DNA of 64,000 nt from Thermoplasmatota archaeon. GTDB lineage: Archaea > Thermoplasmatota > Penumbrarchaeia > Penumbrarchaeales > Penumbrarchaeaceae. Position 1 is the stretch's first letter. Each line of letters opens with the position of its first letter. Below are positions 31,423 to 41,698 of the stretch, piece by piece. The notes under the pieces are model-generated. The model was not told the origin of the DNA and did not search any database. It worked only from the letters and a program-made list of their open reading frames with translations. Made by a program: the position numbers and the translations under genes. The stretch is from positions 51,631 through 115,630 of the forward strand of contig JARVGK010000005.1 of NCBI GenBank assembly GCA_029762535.1, in the 5' to 3' direction.

Positions 31423-32805
31423 TCATGTCTCTATGGAGGATAGTTCGCGGACTATGTTATCATCGTTTGGTCGAGTATGCAGGTATTTTTTAAGGCATTG
31501 TTTGTATTCCTCCATTCTACCCATACGTCCATAACAGCGTCCCATTAACAGGTATGGCTCCATATTATCTGGGTCAAGACGAAGTGAACTCTCGGATGAA
31601 TCTATGCATTCTTTGAACAAGTCCATGGAGAACTCGACATTAGCCTTCATCAAGTAGGAGCCAGGATCTTGGTATCTATCCGTTAAAAATTCTAGAAGTT
31701 CTCTCGCTTTTTTTTGTTCCTTAGCCTCAATGTATATGCTCGATAGCTCCAAACCTGAACCAAGATCGGACCACCCAAGTTTAATTGCTTTTTCAAGTGC
31801 CAACATCGCTCTTTCTATTGGATGATCATCTCTTCTGAAAGCGATTCCAGAATGAGCCCATACTTCGCCATCTTCAGGGTCGATATTGATCGCTTTCTTA
31901 AAATAGGTCAGAGCTTTCTTTGGTTCTTTCCTTTCATAGAGATAGATCTTGCCTATTTGAACGAGGGCATCCTTTGATAAAGGACCTTTTGTTACAATTA
32001 CCGATCGGAAAGAACTGATGGATTGTTCTTGTTGTCCCATCTCTAAAAGGATTTGGCCAAGTTCGTAGTGAGAGGGTACATGTCTATTATTTATGGTGAT
32101 TGCTTTTTTTAACGATTCCGAGGCTTCATCAAAGAGATCCAGTTTATGTAGTATCCGGCCTTTGTAAAAATGTGCTATATAAAAACTCATATCTATTGAT
32201 AGCGCTGCATCTAGACATATCATAGATTCATCGTACATATCTAGATGAAAGAGGGATAATCCTTTGCCAAGAAGGGCCCTCAAATTCTTATCATTATTTT
32301 CAAGGACGATATCGAATAAATCGATCGCGCTTTCATATTTACCAGAATTAAGATGTAACATTCCAATATTGATCAGAGCGGTCTCGTTCAAAGGATCCAT
32401 TTCAAGAGCGTTTTGCAGGTCATTTATGGCCATTCTTTGATTTCCACTTCTAAACCATGCTATTGCTCTGTTAATGTGGAAATCAGCGTTAGGTCCATAT
32501 GTATCTATGGCTCGGTCATAGCTCTGTATGGCAAGAGCGTTCTGACCGCTTTCAAGGTACATGTTCCCAAGATTGTAATGGATCAATCCATCATTGGGAT
32601 AATCCATACTCAATTTGACTGTGATATCTATGGATTTGTTAAGATACCCACAAGACTTATGCACAAGTGATATTCCAATCAGTGATGTTTTTCTCGTCTC
32701 TTCATCCGTAGCGTGTTTGTAGGTTTTCCGAAATATGTTAAACGCTCCGTTAAAGTCGCCTTGCTGAAGGCATGAGTATCCTTTGGATAGACTTTTTTCA
32801 TACAT
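31423..32805 (-). CDS. Tetratricopeptide-repeat protein
   Basis: Tandem 34-aa repeats (HYNLG, A...D.A...DP). Confidence 0.9.
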   Translation of the reverse strand: MYEKSLSKGYSCLQQGDFNGAFNIFRKTYKHATDEETRKTSLIGISLVHKSCGYLNKSIDITVKLSMDYPNDGLIHYNLGNMYLESGQNALAIQSYDRAIDTYGPNADFHINRAIAWFRSGNQRMAINDLQNALEMDPLNETALINIGMLHLNSGKYESAIDLFDIVLENNDKNLRALLGKGLSLFHLDMYDESMICLDAALSIDMSFYIAHFYKGRILHKLDLFDEASESLKKAITINNRHVPSHYELGQILLEMGQQEQSISSFRSVIVTKGPLSKDALVQIGKIYLYERKEPKKALTYFKKAINIDPEDGEVWAHSGIAFRRDDHPIERAMLALEKAIKLGWSDLGSGLELSSIYIEAKEQKKARELLEFLTDRYQDPGSYLMKANVEFSMDLFKECIDSSESSLRLDPDNMEPYLLMGRCYGRMGRMEEYKQCLKKYLHTRPNDDNIVRELSSIET

Positions 32806-32823
32806 TCTCTCACTTCAAGATAA

Positions 32824-33564
32824 TTACAGGTTCGATTTTTCTAAAGTATATTCAACTCTCGTTCTTTCCTTTCCCTTGGATCGTTTTTCAATGATTTTGA
32901 TCAATCCAATCTCGCTTGTGTTCTTGATATGAGTTCCCGCACAAGGACATCTGTCTATATATCCATTTTCTCCAATCTCGATCGAGCGTAGCTTTGTTAT
33001 ATTTTTTGGAACGCGGTCCATGTCTATTCTCTTGATATCCTCCAAATTCTCAAAGAAGGACCTATCCCTAAGAACAACGTTTACCTTATGTCCTCTTTGA
33101 ATGGTCTCATTTACTTCGACCTCGATATCCTTAAGGTCATCCAATGATAGATACAGTGGACAAAAATCTATGTGGGAACGATTCGTATGTATTTGATTCC
33201 CGACGGTCCTTGCACGATATCTCTTCCAAATAATTGATGACATGATGTGTTGGGCAGTGTGCATCCTCATATGTCTATAACGTTTATCCCAATCGATATT
33301 GACCGTTACCTGGGTTCCCACTGGAGGGGGTTCTTCCATGGTATAATGAAAGATAGGCCCTTTTTGTCTGACCTCATCAATTTCGATATGACCCCCATTC
33401 CAGAAAACTATCCCTGTGTCGGAAGGCTGCCCACCGCCCAAGGGATACATTACGGTCCTATCGAGAATAAAGTAATTCTTCCCATCATTTCCAACTTCGA
33501 TCACTTTCGCAGAGAGAGTTCTTACATAACATGCTTCGATATCATTAAGGTACATCGGGTCCAT
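32824..33564 (-). CDS. alaX: Alanyl-tRNA editing protein AlaX (AlaXp-M type)
   Basis: LDRTVMYPLGGGQPSD, RMHTAQH, CPCAGTH. Confidence 0.92.
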   Translation of the reverse strand: MDPMYLNDIEACYVRTLSAKVIEVGNDGKNYFILDRTVMYPLGGGQPSDTGIVFWNGGHIEIDEVRQKGPIFHYTMEEPPPVGTQVTVNIDWDKRYRHMRMHTAQHIMSSIIWKRYRARTVGNQIHTNRSHIDFCPLYLSLDDLKDIEVEVNETIQRGHKVNVVLRDRSFFENLEDIKRIDMDRVPKNITKLRSIEIGENGYIDRCPCAGTHIKNTSEIGLIKIIEKRSKGKERTRVEYTLEKSNL

Positions 33565-33700
33565 GAACCATACCCCGTAATAAATTATGATGCTGATAGG
33601 TCATATTCAGATAAAGTCGTTTCTCCATATCCTGCTTCGAGATAGAGTTAATTTTATATATGCTTTGAAGCATGGGCCGGCAAATCGGTAGGTTGATTAT

Positions 33701-34084
33701 ATGGCTCTCTGGCAAGGAAGGTCGAAACGAAAGGTAACAGGTGGTAGATTCAGACCTCATAGAGGTAAGAAAAAACACGAGATAGGAAGAGAACAGCAGA
33801 TAACAGTAATCGGAAAGAGGAGTATGAAGAGTGTCCGAACAATGGGAGGGAACCTGAAGCTTAGGGCCCTGGTAACTGAGAACGCCAACATCTTCGATCC
33901 AAAAAATAAGAGGACAAAGAGAGCCATCATCAAGACGGTTATCGAGAATCCAGCAAATCCAAACTATGTCCGAAGGAACATCATCACAAAAGGAGCATTG
34001 ATAGATACTGACTTAGGCAGGGCACGGGTGACATCAAGGCCAGGCCAGGACGGAGTAGTCAATGCAATACTCTTAAGAGAATAG
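33701..34084 (+). CDS. rps8e: 30S ribosomal protein S8e
   Basis: WQGRSKRKVTGGR, VRTMGGN, NYVRRNIITKG, ARVTSRPGQDG. Confidence 0.97.
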   Translation: MALWQGRSKRKVTGGRFRPHRGKKKHEIGREQQITVIGKRSMKSVRTMGGNLKLRALVTENANIFDPKNKRTKRAIIKTVIENPANPNYVRRNIITKGALIDTDLGRARVTSRPGQDGVVNAILLRE

Positions 34085-34099
34085 ATCGGGGTATCGCCT

Positions 34100-34393
34100 A
34101 TGGCGCGGAACCGGGATAATAGAATGGTGTTATGGTCGAACTATTTCGATTCCGGCCTCACGAAGTCTCAAGGACGTCGAACACCTTTGTCTTTGAGCGT
34201 TCATTCTCCGAAGGCTGAAGAAATATTCCATTTATGCAAAAAGCTAGGCCTATCTCCAGAACTTCAGGATGAGAAGAGGCACCCATCATCAGATATGGAA
34301 AAGATGGGAAGGATACTTGTGAGATCTAAAAAGAAAAAGACGATCGTAATTAAAGAGATAGCCAAAGGATTGTTGAAGCAAAAAAAAAAATAA
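34100..34393 (+). CDS. srp19: Signal recognition particle protein SRP19
   Basis: LWSNYFDS..TKSQGRR, P..EEI, KRHP, GRILV; follows rps8e. Confidence 0.9.
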   Translation: MARNRDNRMVLWSNYFDSGLTKSQGRRTPLSLSVHSPKAEEIFHLCKKLGLSPELQDEKRHPSSDMEKMGRILVRSKKKKTIVIKEIAKGLLKQKKK

Positions 34394-34446
34394 TGGATTA
34401 TTGGATAAAAAACATAGTCCTTTAAAATACAAAGGAGAAGGTCATC

Positions 34447-37155
34447 ATGGTTGAAATGAAATGGGTCTATACGTTCGAAGAAGGGGGCCGAGATATGAAA
34501 GAGCTCCTAGGTGGTAAAGGGGCCAATCTTTGCGAGATGAGTAGATTAGGTATCCCCGTTCCACCAGGCTTTATAATATCTACTGAAGCATGTCGTACTT
34601 TTTTTCAGAATGGAGGAAGATTCCCTTCCGGATTGGAAGAAGAGGTTATTGAAGCAGTAAAAAGGTTGGAGAAAATAAAAGGGTCAAATTTCGGTGATCC
34701 TAAAAATCCGTTACTGATTTCCGTCAGATCTGGAGCGAGATCCTCCATGCCTGGAATGATGGACACGATACTTAACCTTGGTATGAATCCTGAGATAGTG
34801 GAAGGTCTCATCGAAAGGACCGGTAATGAAAGGTTCGTGAGGGATAGTTACAGACGCTTCGTTCAGATGTATGGTGATGTTGTCATGGGACTAAAGCCCT
34901 CATCAAAGGATGATGTAGATCCATTTGAAGAGATCATGGAAAAATATAAGGAAAGGAATGGGATTAATAGCGACGTAGACCTCGCTCCTGAAGACCTTTC
35001 GGAAATAACCAGAATATTCCATGAAATAATCAAAGAGAGGATCGAGGAAGAATTTCCAAATGATCCAATGGAGCAATTATGGGGGGCAATAAAAGCGGTA
35101 TTTTCATCATGGACCAACGAAAGGGCGAGGAAATATCGAATTATGAACAATATTCCCGAAGAATGGGGAACCGCTGTAAATATTCAATGTATGGTATTTG
35201 GAAATATGGGATATGATTGTGCCACTGGCGTTGCCTTTACCAGGGATCCATCCACCGGCGAGGACGTCTTTTTTGGTGAATACCTAATAAATGCCCAAGG
35301 AGAAGATGTAGTGGCTGGAATACGGACCCCTCATCAAGTCACGAAAGAAAGATCTAGAAAAATGGCAATTGTTAATGGAATGGATGAGAGAAAACGACTA
35401 GAAGAGGCCCCCTCACTTGAGGAGAGTATGCCTGATATTTTCCTGGAACTTGTTGATATATACAAGAAACTAGAAGGACATTATAAGGATATGCAGGATA
35501 TCGAGTTCACTGTGGAAAGGGGAAAGCTTTGGATCCTTCAGACCAGAAACGGTAAAAGAACTGCTGAAGCGGCTGTTAAGATAGCAGTTGATATGGTAAA
35601 AGAAGGAATGATCGATGAAAGGACAGCTATCATGAGGATAACACCAGAACAGATCGATCGTTTACTACATCCGACCTTCGATCCAGAGGCAAGAAAGGAA
35701 TTATTGGCAAGAGGTTTGCCTGCATCGCCTGGGGCAGCAACAGGAGTTGTGGTATTCAACGCAGAGGATGCGGAATATAGGGCGAATGAGGGAGATAAGG
35801 TCATCTTGGTCCGAATAGAGACATCTCCTGAGGATATAGGTGGGATGCAATCATCAGAAGGCATATTAACTACAAGAGGTGGAATGACCAGTCATGCAGC
35901 GGTCGTAGCTAGGGGGATGGGAAAATGTTGCGTCTCTGGATGTGGGAAGATATCGGTTGACTACTCGAATCGGTCCTTTTCCATTGGTGGAAGAACAGTC
36001 AAAGAAGGCGATTGGATCTCCCTCGATGGAACAACAGGGGAGGTTTTCTTGGGGAAGATAGTTACCATTCCTCCAAAAATCAGCGGAAATTTTTCCAGGA
36101 TACTTGAATGGGGGGATGAATTCAGGAAGCTTGATATTCGAACTAACGCAGATACACCTAACGATTCCAAGGTCGGGAGGAATTTCGGAGCGAAAGGGAT
36201 AGGCCTTTGCAGGACAGAACATATGTTCTTCGAAGGTGAGAGGATCAAGGTAATGAGAGAGATGATACTAGCTGAGGATATCAATGGTAGAAGGGCCGCT
36301 CTCGATAAATTACTACCCATGCAGAGGGAAGATTTTCACGAGATCTTCAGCGTGATGTCACCTTATCCCGTGACCATAAGGTTACTCGACCCCCCATTAC
36401 ACGAATTTCTCCCACATGATGATGGAGCACAGAATGAGCTCGCTGACATTCTGAACATACACGTATCCAAAATAAAGGAGAGAGTTGATTCTCTGAGAGA
36501 GTTCAATCCAATGTTGGGACATAGGGGCTGCAGGCTTGCAATAACTTATCCTGAGATAACAAGAATGCAGGCAAGGGCAATTATCGAGGCTGCATGCGAT
36601 GTAAAGAAAAAAGGGTTGGAGGTTAGACCAGAGATAATGGTCCCATTTATAGGGACAGAGAGGGAGCTGGAACTTCAAAGGGAGATAATTATTAAGGTAG
36701 CATCGGAAGTGATGTCGGAAAGGGGCATACAAATCTCATATACCATTGGAACTATGATAGAGATACCTAGAGCAGCTTTGGTAGCAGGGAAGATCGCTGA
36801 GGTATCGGATTTCTTCAGCTTTGGTACGAACGATCTTACCCAGATGACGTATGGATATAGCCGAGATGATTCGGGTACATTTCTTGAAGAATACATATCA
36901 AAGGGTGTACTGGAACAGGACCCATTCAAAAGCATAGATATTGAAGGTGTTGGAGAACTTCTCAGGATCGGTGTAGAAAGGGGCAGATCCGTATGTCCTA
37001 ATTTGAAGATCGGTATTTGCGGGGAACATGGCGGGGATCCCAAGTCCATAAGGTTCTTCCATATCTCGGGCCTTAACTATGTATCATGCTCTCCGTTCAG
37101 AGTACCTGTGGCCAGGCTCGCTGCGGCACAAGCCGCTATAGAGGATGTGAAATGA
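34447..37155 (+). CDS. ppdK: Pyruvate, phosphate dikinase
   Basis: LLGGKGANL, SVRSGA..SMPGMMDT, GGMTSHAAVVARG, GLCRTEHMF, FSFGTNDLTQ, GICGEHGG. Confidence 0.97.
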   Translation: MVEMKWVYTFEEGGRDMKELLGGKGANLCEMSRLGIPVPPGFIISTEACRTFFQNGGRFPSGLEEEVIEAVKRLEKIKGSNFGDPKNPLLISVRSGARSSMPGMMDTILNLGMNPEIVEGLIERTGNERFVRDSYRRFVQMYGDVVMGLKPSSKDDVDPFEEIMEKYKERNGINSDVDLAPEDLSEITRIFHEIIKERIEEEFPNDPMEQLWGAIKAVFSSWTNERARKYRIMNNIPEEWGTAVNIQCMVFGNMGYDCATGVAFTRDPSTGEDVFFGEYLINAQGEDVVAGIRTPHQVTKERSRKMAIVNGMDERKRLEEAPSLEESMPDIFLELVDIYKKLEGHYKDMQDIEFTVERGKLWILQTRNGKRTAEAAVKIAVDMVKEGMIDERTAIMRITPEQIDRLLHPTFDPEARKELLARGLPASPGAATGVVVFNAEDAEYRANEGDKVILVRIETSPEDIGGMQSSEGILTTRGGMTSHAAVVARGMGKCCVSGCGKISVDYSNRSFSIGGRTVKEGDWISLDGTTGEVFLGKIVTIPPKISGNFSRILEWGDEFRKLDIRTNADTPNDSKVGRNFGAKGIGLCRTEHMFFEGERIKVMREMILAEDINGRRAALDKLLPMQREDFHEIFSVMSPYPVTIRLLDPPLHEFLPHDDGAQNELADILNIHVSKIKERVDSLREFNPMLGHRGCRLAITYPEITRMQARAIIEAACDVKKKGLEVRPEIMVPFIGTERELELQREIIIKVASEVMSERGIQISYTIGTMIEIPRAALVAGKIAEVSDFFSFGTNDLTQMTYGYSRDDSGTFLEEYISKGVLEQDPFKSIDIEGVGELLRIGVERGRSVCPNLKIGICGEHGGDPKSIRFFHISGLNYVSCSPFRVPVARLAAAQAAIEDVK

Positions 37156-38115
37156 TCATTCGATCCATCGATGTATCTCATGAACCGATGAACAGTTGGA
37201 ACATCTGATCATTTTTATTATCCTCGTTGAGCAATGTAGACATCTATCACGACCAATGGGGGTAAGTTCAGCGCAGTTGGGACATCTTACGAAAAGGTCC
37301 TTCGATTTTCTACACGAGTAGAAGAACCTAGGAGTGTCACAAGTCGGACATTTTTTTATCTCTCTATCGAGATCCATCCCGCAAAGTGGGCATGGCTTGA
37401 TATCCCGAACCTCACGAATACTGTCATCTATTTTGAGCTTCCTACCGGTCGCCGTCATGATGAAGGATTTCAGGCTTTTCATCATGGATTCGGAATGTTC
37501 CAGGTCATCGTATGTGGTTTTGAAGCGTTCTTCCGGAAAGGTTATAACAAATATCAAAGTTATTAGCATTATGGATCCTGCAATAAAATACAGGAACATG
37601 TTCAATAGCGGAGTTCCTGCTGTTTTATCTGACCATCTGATCCATCCAATTATGGAGAAGAGTGATGACCAGAAGAAAATCAATGAAAATATGAACCACA
37701 GGCCGATTGGCACATAATCCGACCATCGAGCATATTGGTCCCTTCTCTCTTTGACGAAAAGTACCAGATAAAGAAGAAGGATGAAAGCTCCGATCAATAT
37801 CATATACCCTAGAATGGAGAGGAACCATGACCCAGATATTTCTGCGTACTTGAACTTGACCATCGAGCCTATGAATGTTAATAGGTATACTATTATCATC
37901 CATATTCCTAAAAAGAAGAAACGAGGGGTCAGTTTGTAAAGCATGGATAATCCTATAATACCGAATAGGAACCATCCAACGGAATAAACTGGACCATCTC
38001 CCAAACTAAGAACGAGCGAGATCATTAAATATATCGTTGCTCCAAACTTCAGCTGAAGTCTTCGGTTCTTTTTAAGAATGGATAGTATATCCGTTGGCCG
38101 ATAAGCCAAATCCAT
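37156..38115 (-). CDS. Multi-TM membrane protein with C-terminal multiple zinc-ribbon motifs
   Basis: About six hydrophobic helices, then CPLC, CPTC, CPNC, CLHC, CSNC. Confidence 0.75.
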   Translation of the reverse strand: MDLAYRPTDILSILKKNRRLQLKFGATIYLMISLVLSLGDGPVYSVGWFLFGIIGLSMLYKLTPRFFFLGIWMIIVYLLTFIGSMVKFKYAEISGSWFLSILGYMILIGAFILLLYLVLFVKERRDQYARWSDYVPIGLWFIFSLIFFWSSLFSIIGWIRWSDKTAGTPLLNMFLYFIAGSIMLITLIFVITFPEERFKTTYDDLEHSESMMKSLKSFIMTATGRKLKIDDSIREVRDIKPCPLCGMDLDREIKKCPTCDTPRFFYSCRKSKDLFVRCPNCAELTPIGRDRCLHCSTRIIKMIRCSNCSSVHEIHRWIE

Positions 38116-38174
38116 GGATGGGTTAGCAATGGTCGTTCTAAAATATATTTCGGTTATGTTTTTTTTTCACATGT

Positions 38175-38264
38175 AAAAGAAGAGGGGGCAGGGATGGGGG
38201 GATTTTTGGAAGAGATAGAGGTGCTTTTTTCTTTCGGGAAAAATCACGTTTCCCTGCCCAGAAC
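38175..38264 (-). ncRNA. Candidate small structured RNA
   Basis: Terminal stem GGGCAGGGA/TCCCTGCCC, inner stem GATTTTT/AAAAATC, TATA box (38286-38295, minus strand) at a plausible distance and TCTTCTTTT at the 3' end. Confidence 0.45.
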
Positions 38265-38386
38265 GAGAAAAGGAGTTATCTATTGTTTATATATACTTTA
38301 TGCAGTCCTTATCATACAATAATAATCATTTGTTATCCTGGGAATGAAATGGAAGAACATTTATAATCATCTGGCTATACACCTTT

Positions 38387-38815
38387 GTGGATATCGAGGG
38401 GTTCTTCTGCACTTGCGATCACGAAGTCATCCATAAGGACTATAAATTATGGGTAAAGCCACCCAGGTCAGAAAAAAAACACACACCTCAGCAACCAAGG
38501 CTATACTGTAAGAAATGCGGACGCCTGAAATATACCGGTTCTGCTTTTGCGAGGGAGATGGGTTACTATGTCAATCTTTTAAATGAAATTAGGAAGAAGA
38601 TGGACCTTCTCTATCGAAGGAAGATCATCAAAAGGAGGATGACAAAATCACAGACACAAACAATAATTAGGGACCTGATGAACGATGACGACTTCAGAGA
38701 TAATTTCTCAAATCAAAGCTTTTCGCAGTTTGATCTATTTAAATACACCGTAAAAAAATATACAAATATTGATGATTATATAATAGATTCAATAAAAGAG
38801 AAACACTCCCGATAA
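38387..38815 (+). CDS. Hypothetical protein with putative Zn-binding motif (CxH...CxxCG)
   Basis: CDH...W...YCKKCG...GYY; upstream TTTATAA box. Confidence 0.7.
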   Translation: MDIEGFFCTCDHEVIHKDYKLWVKPPRSEKKHTPQQPRLYCKKCGRLKYTGSAFAREMGYYVNLLNEIRKKMDLLYRRKIIKRRMTKSQTQTIIRDLMNDDDFRDNFSNQSFSQFDLFKYTVKKYTNIDDYIIDSIKEKHSR

Positions 38816-38895
38816 TTATGATATCATAATCTAATCACCTATCCGTCAATTTATTAAACCCCTTGAGCCTATAGCGAGTTAACGGAGGCTATCCA

Positions 38896-39396
38896 TTGAC
38901 CGACAACGATATCCAAAAAAAACTGGAGAAGGCATCCATCCTACTGGCAAGCGGAGAATTCAACAAAGCGTACAATCTTTATAAGAAGATCGTAAAGGAA
39001 AATGATAGTTCATCAGAAGCATACTTTGGTTTAGCTGAATCATCTTTAGCCATCCCTAAACTTACAGTTCAGGAGATTGCCTCCAGTTATCAAAAGGCCT
39101 GTGATCTGGACCCAGATAATCCATTATACTTGGCAACATACGGAAATTTCTGTTTCGAGAACGGGATATTAAAAAAGGCCGAAGATTGTTTTCAAAAGGC
39201 CTCAATGGTCGATGAGGAGAACGCTTCGATCTATTTATCCGATCTGGCCACTGGATACTTTCATTCAGCTAAAAATTATCAGGATCACTATCCAGGTATG
39301 ACCTACGATGATATTTTGATAACATCGATGAAATATATCTTAATGGCCTTCGATTTATCCTCAGAGAAGGCAAAAGAAATAATAGACAATTTATAA
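38896..39396 (+). CDS. TPR-like protein
   Basis: AYFGLA, ACDLDPDNP, helical repeat pattern; GGAGG RBS. Confidence 0.8.
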   Translation: MTDNDIQKKLEKASILLASGEFNKAYNLYKKIVKENDSSSEAYFGLAESSLAIPKLTVQEIASSYQKACDLDPDNPLYLATYGNFCFENGILKKAEDCFQKASMVDEENASIYLSDLATGYFHSAKNYQDHYPGMTYDDILITSMKYILMAFDLSSEKAKEIIDNL

Positions 39397-39444
39397 GATA
39401 CTATTATTCTTTAGGGAAATAATATATCTTGGACAATACACTGG

Positions 39445-40182
39445 GTGGTATCTATGGGATATGATGACGATCACGACATCTCCCTTTCGCTAAACAGCAT
39501 GGGCTTTACCAATCCCAGATACACAAAAAACAGGGCTGTGGGGATAAAATTCTCCAAACAGGAAGTAAAGGAGCTTGGGATAGCCATTGCCGTGCTAACT
39601 GTGGCCTTTGCCTTTGCCGTTCCAAACCGAGGCATACTTATGACTGGCCTCGAAGGATTGAACGAGGTTGCTCTGAAATCATTCCTATTCTATCTTCCGA
39701 TATCTCTGGTAGCGGTATCGACCGCTTTTGCCCTCCATGAGATGTCTCACAAGTTCGTTGCAAACATTTACGGGTATCCCGCAGCTTTCTCATATTCAAG
39801 AAGGGGGCTGATATTCGCAGTACTCCTAGCCATCTTTTTGGGATTCCTCATAGCGGCTCCGGGGGCCGTATTCATATACGGATATCCCTCAAGAAAGCAG
39901 AACGGAATAATATCTCTAGCGGGCCCTCTCACGAATACTGTAGTTGGAATAATAGCGTTCACCGCGGCAGTTGTTGCTGGAATTCTAGGGCTTGGAATTG
40001 TATTTTCAGGACTTGCCTTCGTATCCTTCATCAACTTCTTCCTGGGAGCGTTCAACCTGATCCCGGTCATGCCCCTGGATGGGGCCAAAGTATGGAAATG
40101 GAGCAAGGTCGTCTACATTATCATGGCTTTGATCCTATTCCCCACCGTTCTTCTTTGGATGTGGGGGATTCAATTTTTCTAA
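39445..40182 (+). CDS. Site-2 protease family (M50) membrane metalloprotease, short type
   Basis: LHEMSH, AAPGAV, ISLAGP, FNLIPVMPLDG. Confidence 0.9.
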   Translation: MVSMGYDDDHDISLSLNSMGFTNPRYTKNRAVGIKFSKQEVKELGIAIAVLTVAFAFAVPNRGILMTGLEGLNEVALKSFLFYLPISLVAVSTAFALHEMSHKFVANIYGYPAAFSYSRRGLIFAVLLAIFLGFLIAAPGAVFIYGYPSRKQNGIISLAGPLTNTVVGIIAFTAAVVAGILGLGIVFSGLAFVSFINFFLGAFNLIPVMPLDGAKVWKWSKVVYIIMALILFPTVLLWMWGIQFF

Positions 40183-40198
40183 AAAGGAGGCGAAGTGG

Positions 40199-41398
40199 AT
40201 GGATGTTAATGAACTGAGAAGGGATTTTCCCCTATTGGATGTTGGAAAGGAAAACCCCATATATTTCGACAATGCCTGCATGACCCTTCGTCCACGTCAG
40301 GTCATTTCGAAGATCGTGGAATACTACAGCGAATATCCTGGATGCGGGGGCAGATCCGTTCATAGGATATCCAACAGGGTAACCGAGGAATTCGAAGGAT
40401 CAAGAGATATCATCTCCTGTTTTCTTAACGCCCCGGATCGTGATTCTGTTCTATTTACGAAGAATACAACAGAGGCGATAAATCTCGTATCGATGTCCTT
40501 CCCGTTCAAAAAGGGGGATCTGGTTATCGGTACTGACCATGAGCATAATTCCAACCTCGTCCCATGGCTCAGACTTAAGGCGAGGGGTTTGATCGAATAT
40601 CAGCCAGTCCCATCGTGTCCGGAATACGAGTTCGATATCGAGGCGTTCAAAGAGCTTGTGAAAGGAGCAGCCCTGGTGACCATGGTACATGTTTCAAACC
40701 TGGACGGAAGAAGGATTCCCGAAAAGGAGATCGTCGATATCGCCCATGACAGAGGAGTACCGGTCCTGCTCGACGCCGCACAAAGCGTACCACATATGAA
40801 GATTGATATGAAGGGTATTGGTGTTGATATGCTGACATTTTCAGGGCATAAGATAATGGGACCAACTGGAACCGGTGTCCTCGCTTGCGATCCTGAGATC
40901 CTTAAAGGGTTCGACACATTTCTTGTTGGAGGGGATACCGTAAAGGAGACCACCTACGATAAGGCTGATTTTCTGCCTCCTCCAAAACGTTTCGAGGCAG
41001 GACTACAGCATTATGCCGGGTTTATCGGGTTGGGTGAAGCCATAAGATATCTGGATCGTATAGGTCCAGAAGAGGTACATCGGCACGAGGTCGATCTCAA
41101 TCTGTATGCGACCGATCTACTCAAAGATAAAATCAGGGTTATGGGTCCAAAGGAACCAACACGTAGATCTGGGATATTCCCTTTCATCGTGGATGGAATG
41201 AACTCTCACGACATAGCGATGATGCTTGACGAACTCGGAAACATAGCCATAAGATCCGGACACCATTGTGTGCACTCATGGTTCAATTCAAAGCATCAGG
41301 AATCGACAGCAAGGGCGTCTTTCTATATATACAATACCAAGGATGAGATCAAGTTCTTTGCGGATACTTTAGAGAGCATTGTGTCTGATTTCACATAA
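40199..41398 (+). CDS. Cysteine desulfurase (SufS/CsdA class II)
   Basis: YFDNAC, EHNSN, LDAAQS, FSGHKIMGPTG, RSGHHC, RASF. Confidence 0.92.
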   Translation: MDVNELRRDFPLLDVGKENPIYFDNACMTLRPRQVISKIVEYYSEYPGCGGRSVHRISNRVTEEFEGSRDIISCFLNAPDRDSVLFTKNTTEAINLVSMSFPFKKGDLVIGTDHEHNSNLVPWLRLKARGLIEYQPVPSCPEYEFDIEAFKELVKGAALVTMVHVSNLDGRRIPEKEIVDIAHDRGVPVLLDAAQSVPHMKIDMKGIGVDMLTFSGHKIMGPTGTGVLACDPEILKGFDTFLVGGDTVKETTYDKADFLPPPKRFEAGLQHYAGFIGLGEAIRYLDRIGPEEVHRHEVDLNLYATDLLKDKIRVMGPKEPTRRSGIFPFIVDGMNSHDIAMMLDELGNIAIRSGHHCVHSWFNSKHQESTARASFYIYNTKDEIKFFADTLESIVSDFT

Positions 41399-41583
41399 GC
41401 CATCTTTCTTTTAGAGAATCAAAGATCCTGGGAACTCGGACGATACATGAGTTATCAGGATCCTTTTTCAGTCATTTGCACCGGCGACATCCAATGATAA
41501 GTAATGATCGATCATTATTAGCATTAATCAGAACCATAGCTTTCAGATCCCCAGATCCGAACATCAAAAGCATTATCAGCTAT

Positions 41584-41695
41584 ACCGGTCGGGACCTTTG
41601 GATCGAAGAGCGATTCAGATTATGATCTGGTCCAAAGATGTGGAAAATCGTCCAAATAACAACACAATTTCAGATTTTTCAACAGACCGGTCCAC
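41584..41695 (+). repeat. Degenerate tRNA-end-flanked palindromic element (unit B), inverted homologue of unit A
   Basis: Ends ACCGGTCGGGA ... GACCGGTCCAC derive from the tRNA-Ala 3' end; internal CAAAGATGTGGAAAATC...GATTTTTCA aligns with the minus strand of unit A. Confidence 0.7.
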
Positions 41696-41698
41696 GAC

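Noticed and set aside
38815-38830. Perfect 16-bp palindrome ATTATGATATCATAAT
   Set aside because: Single, very AT-rich occurrence with no identifiable regulator; possible operator but unsupported.
41420-41520. Further hairpins after the cysteine desulfurase gene as a third array unit
   Set aside because: Stems exist (ATCCTG/CAGGAT, TAATGATCGATCATTA), but no tRNA-derived ends or alignable core could be seen.
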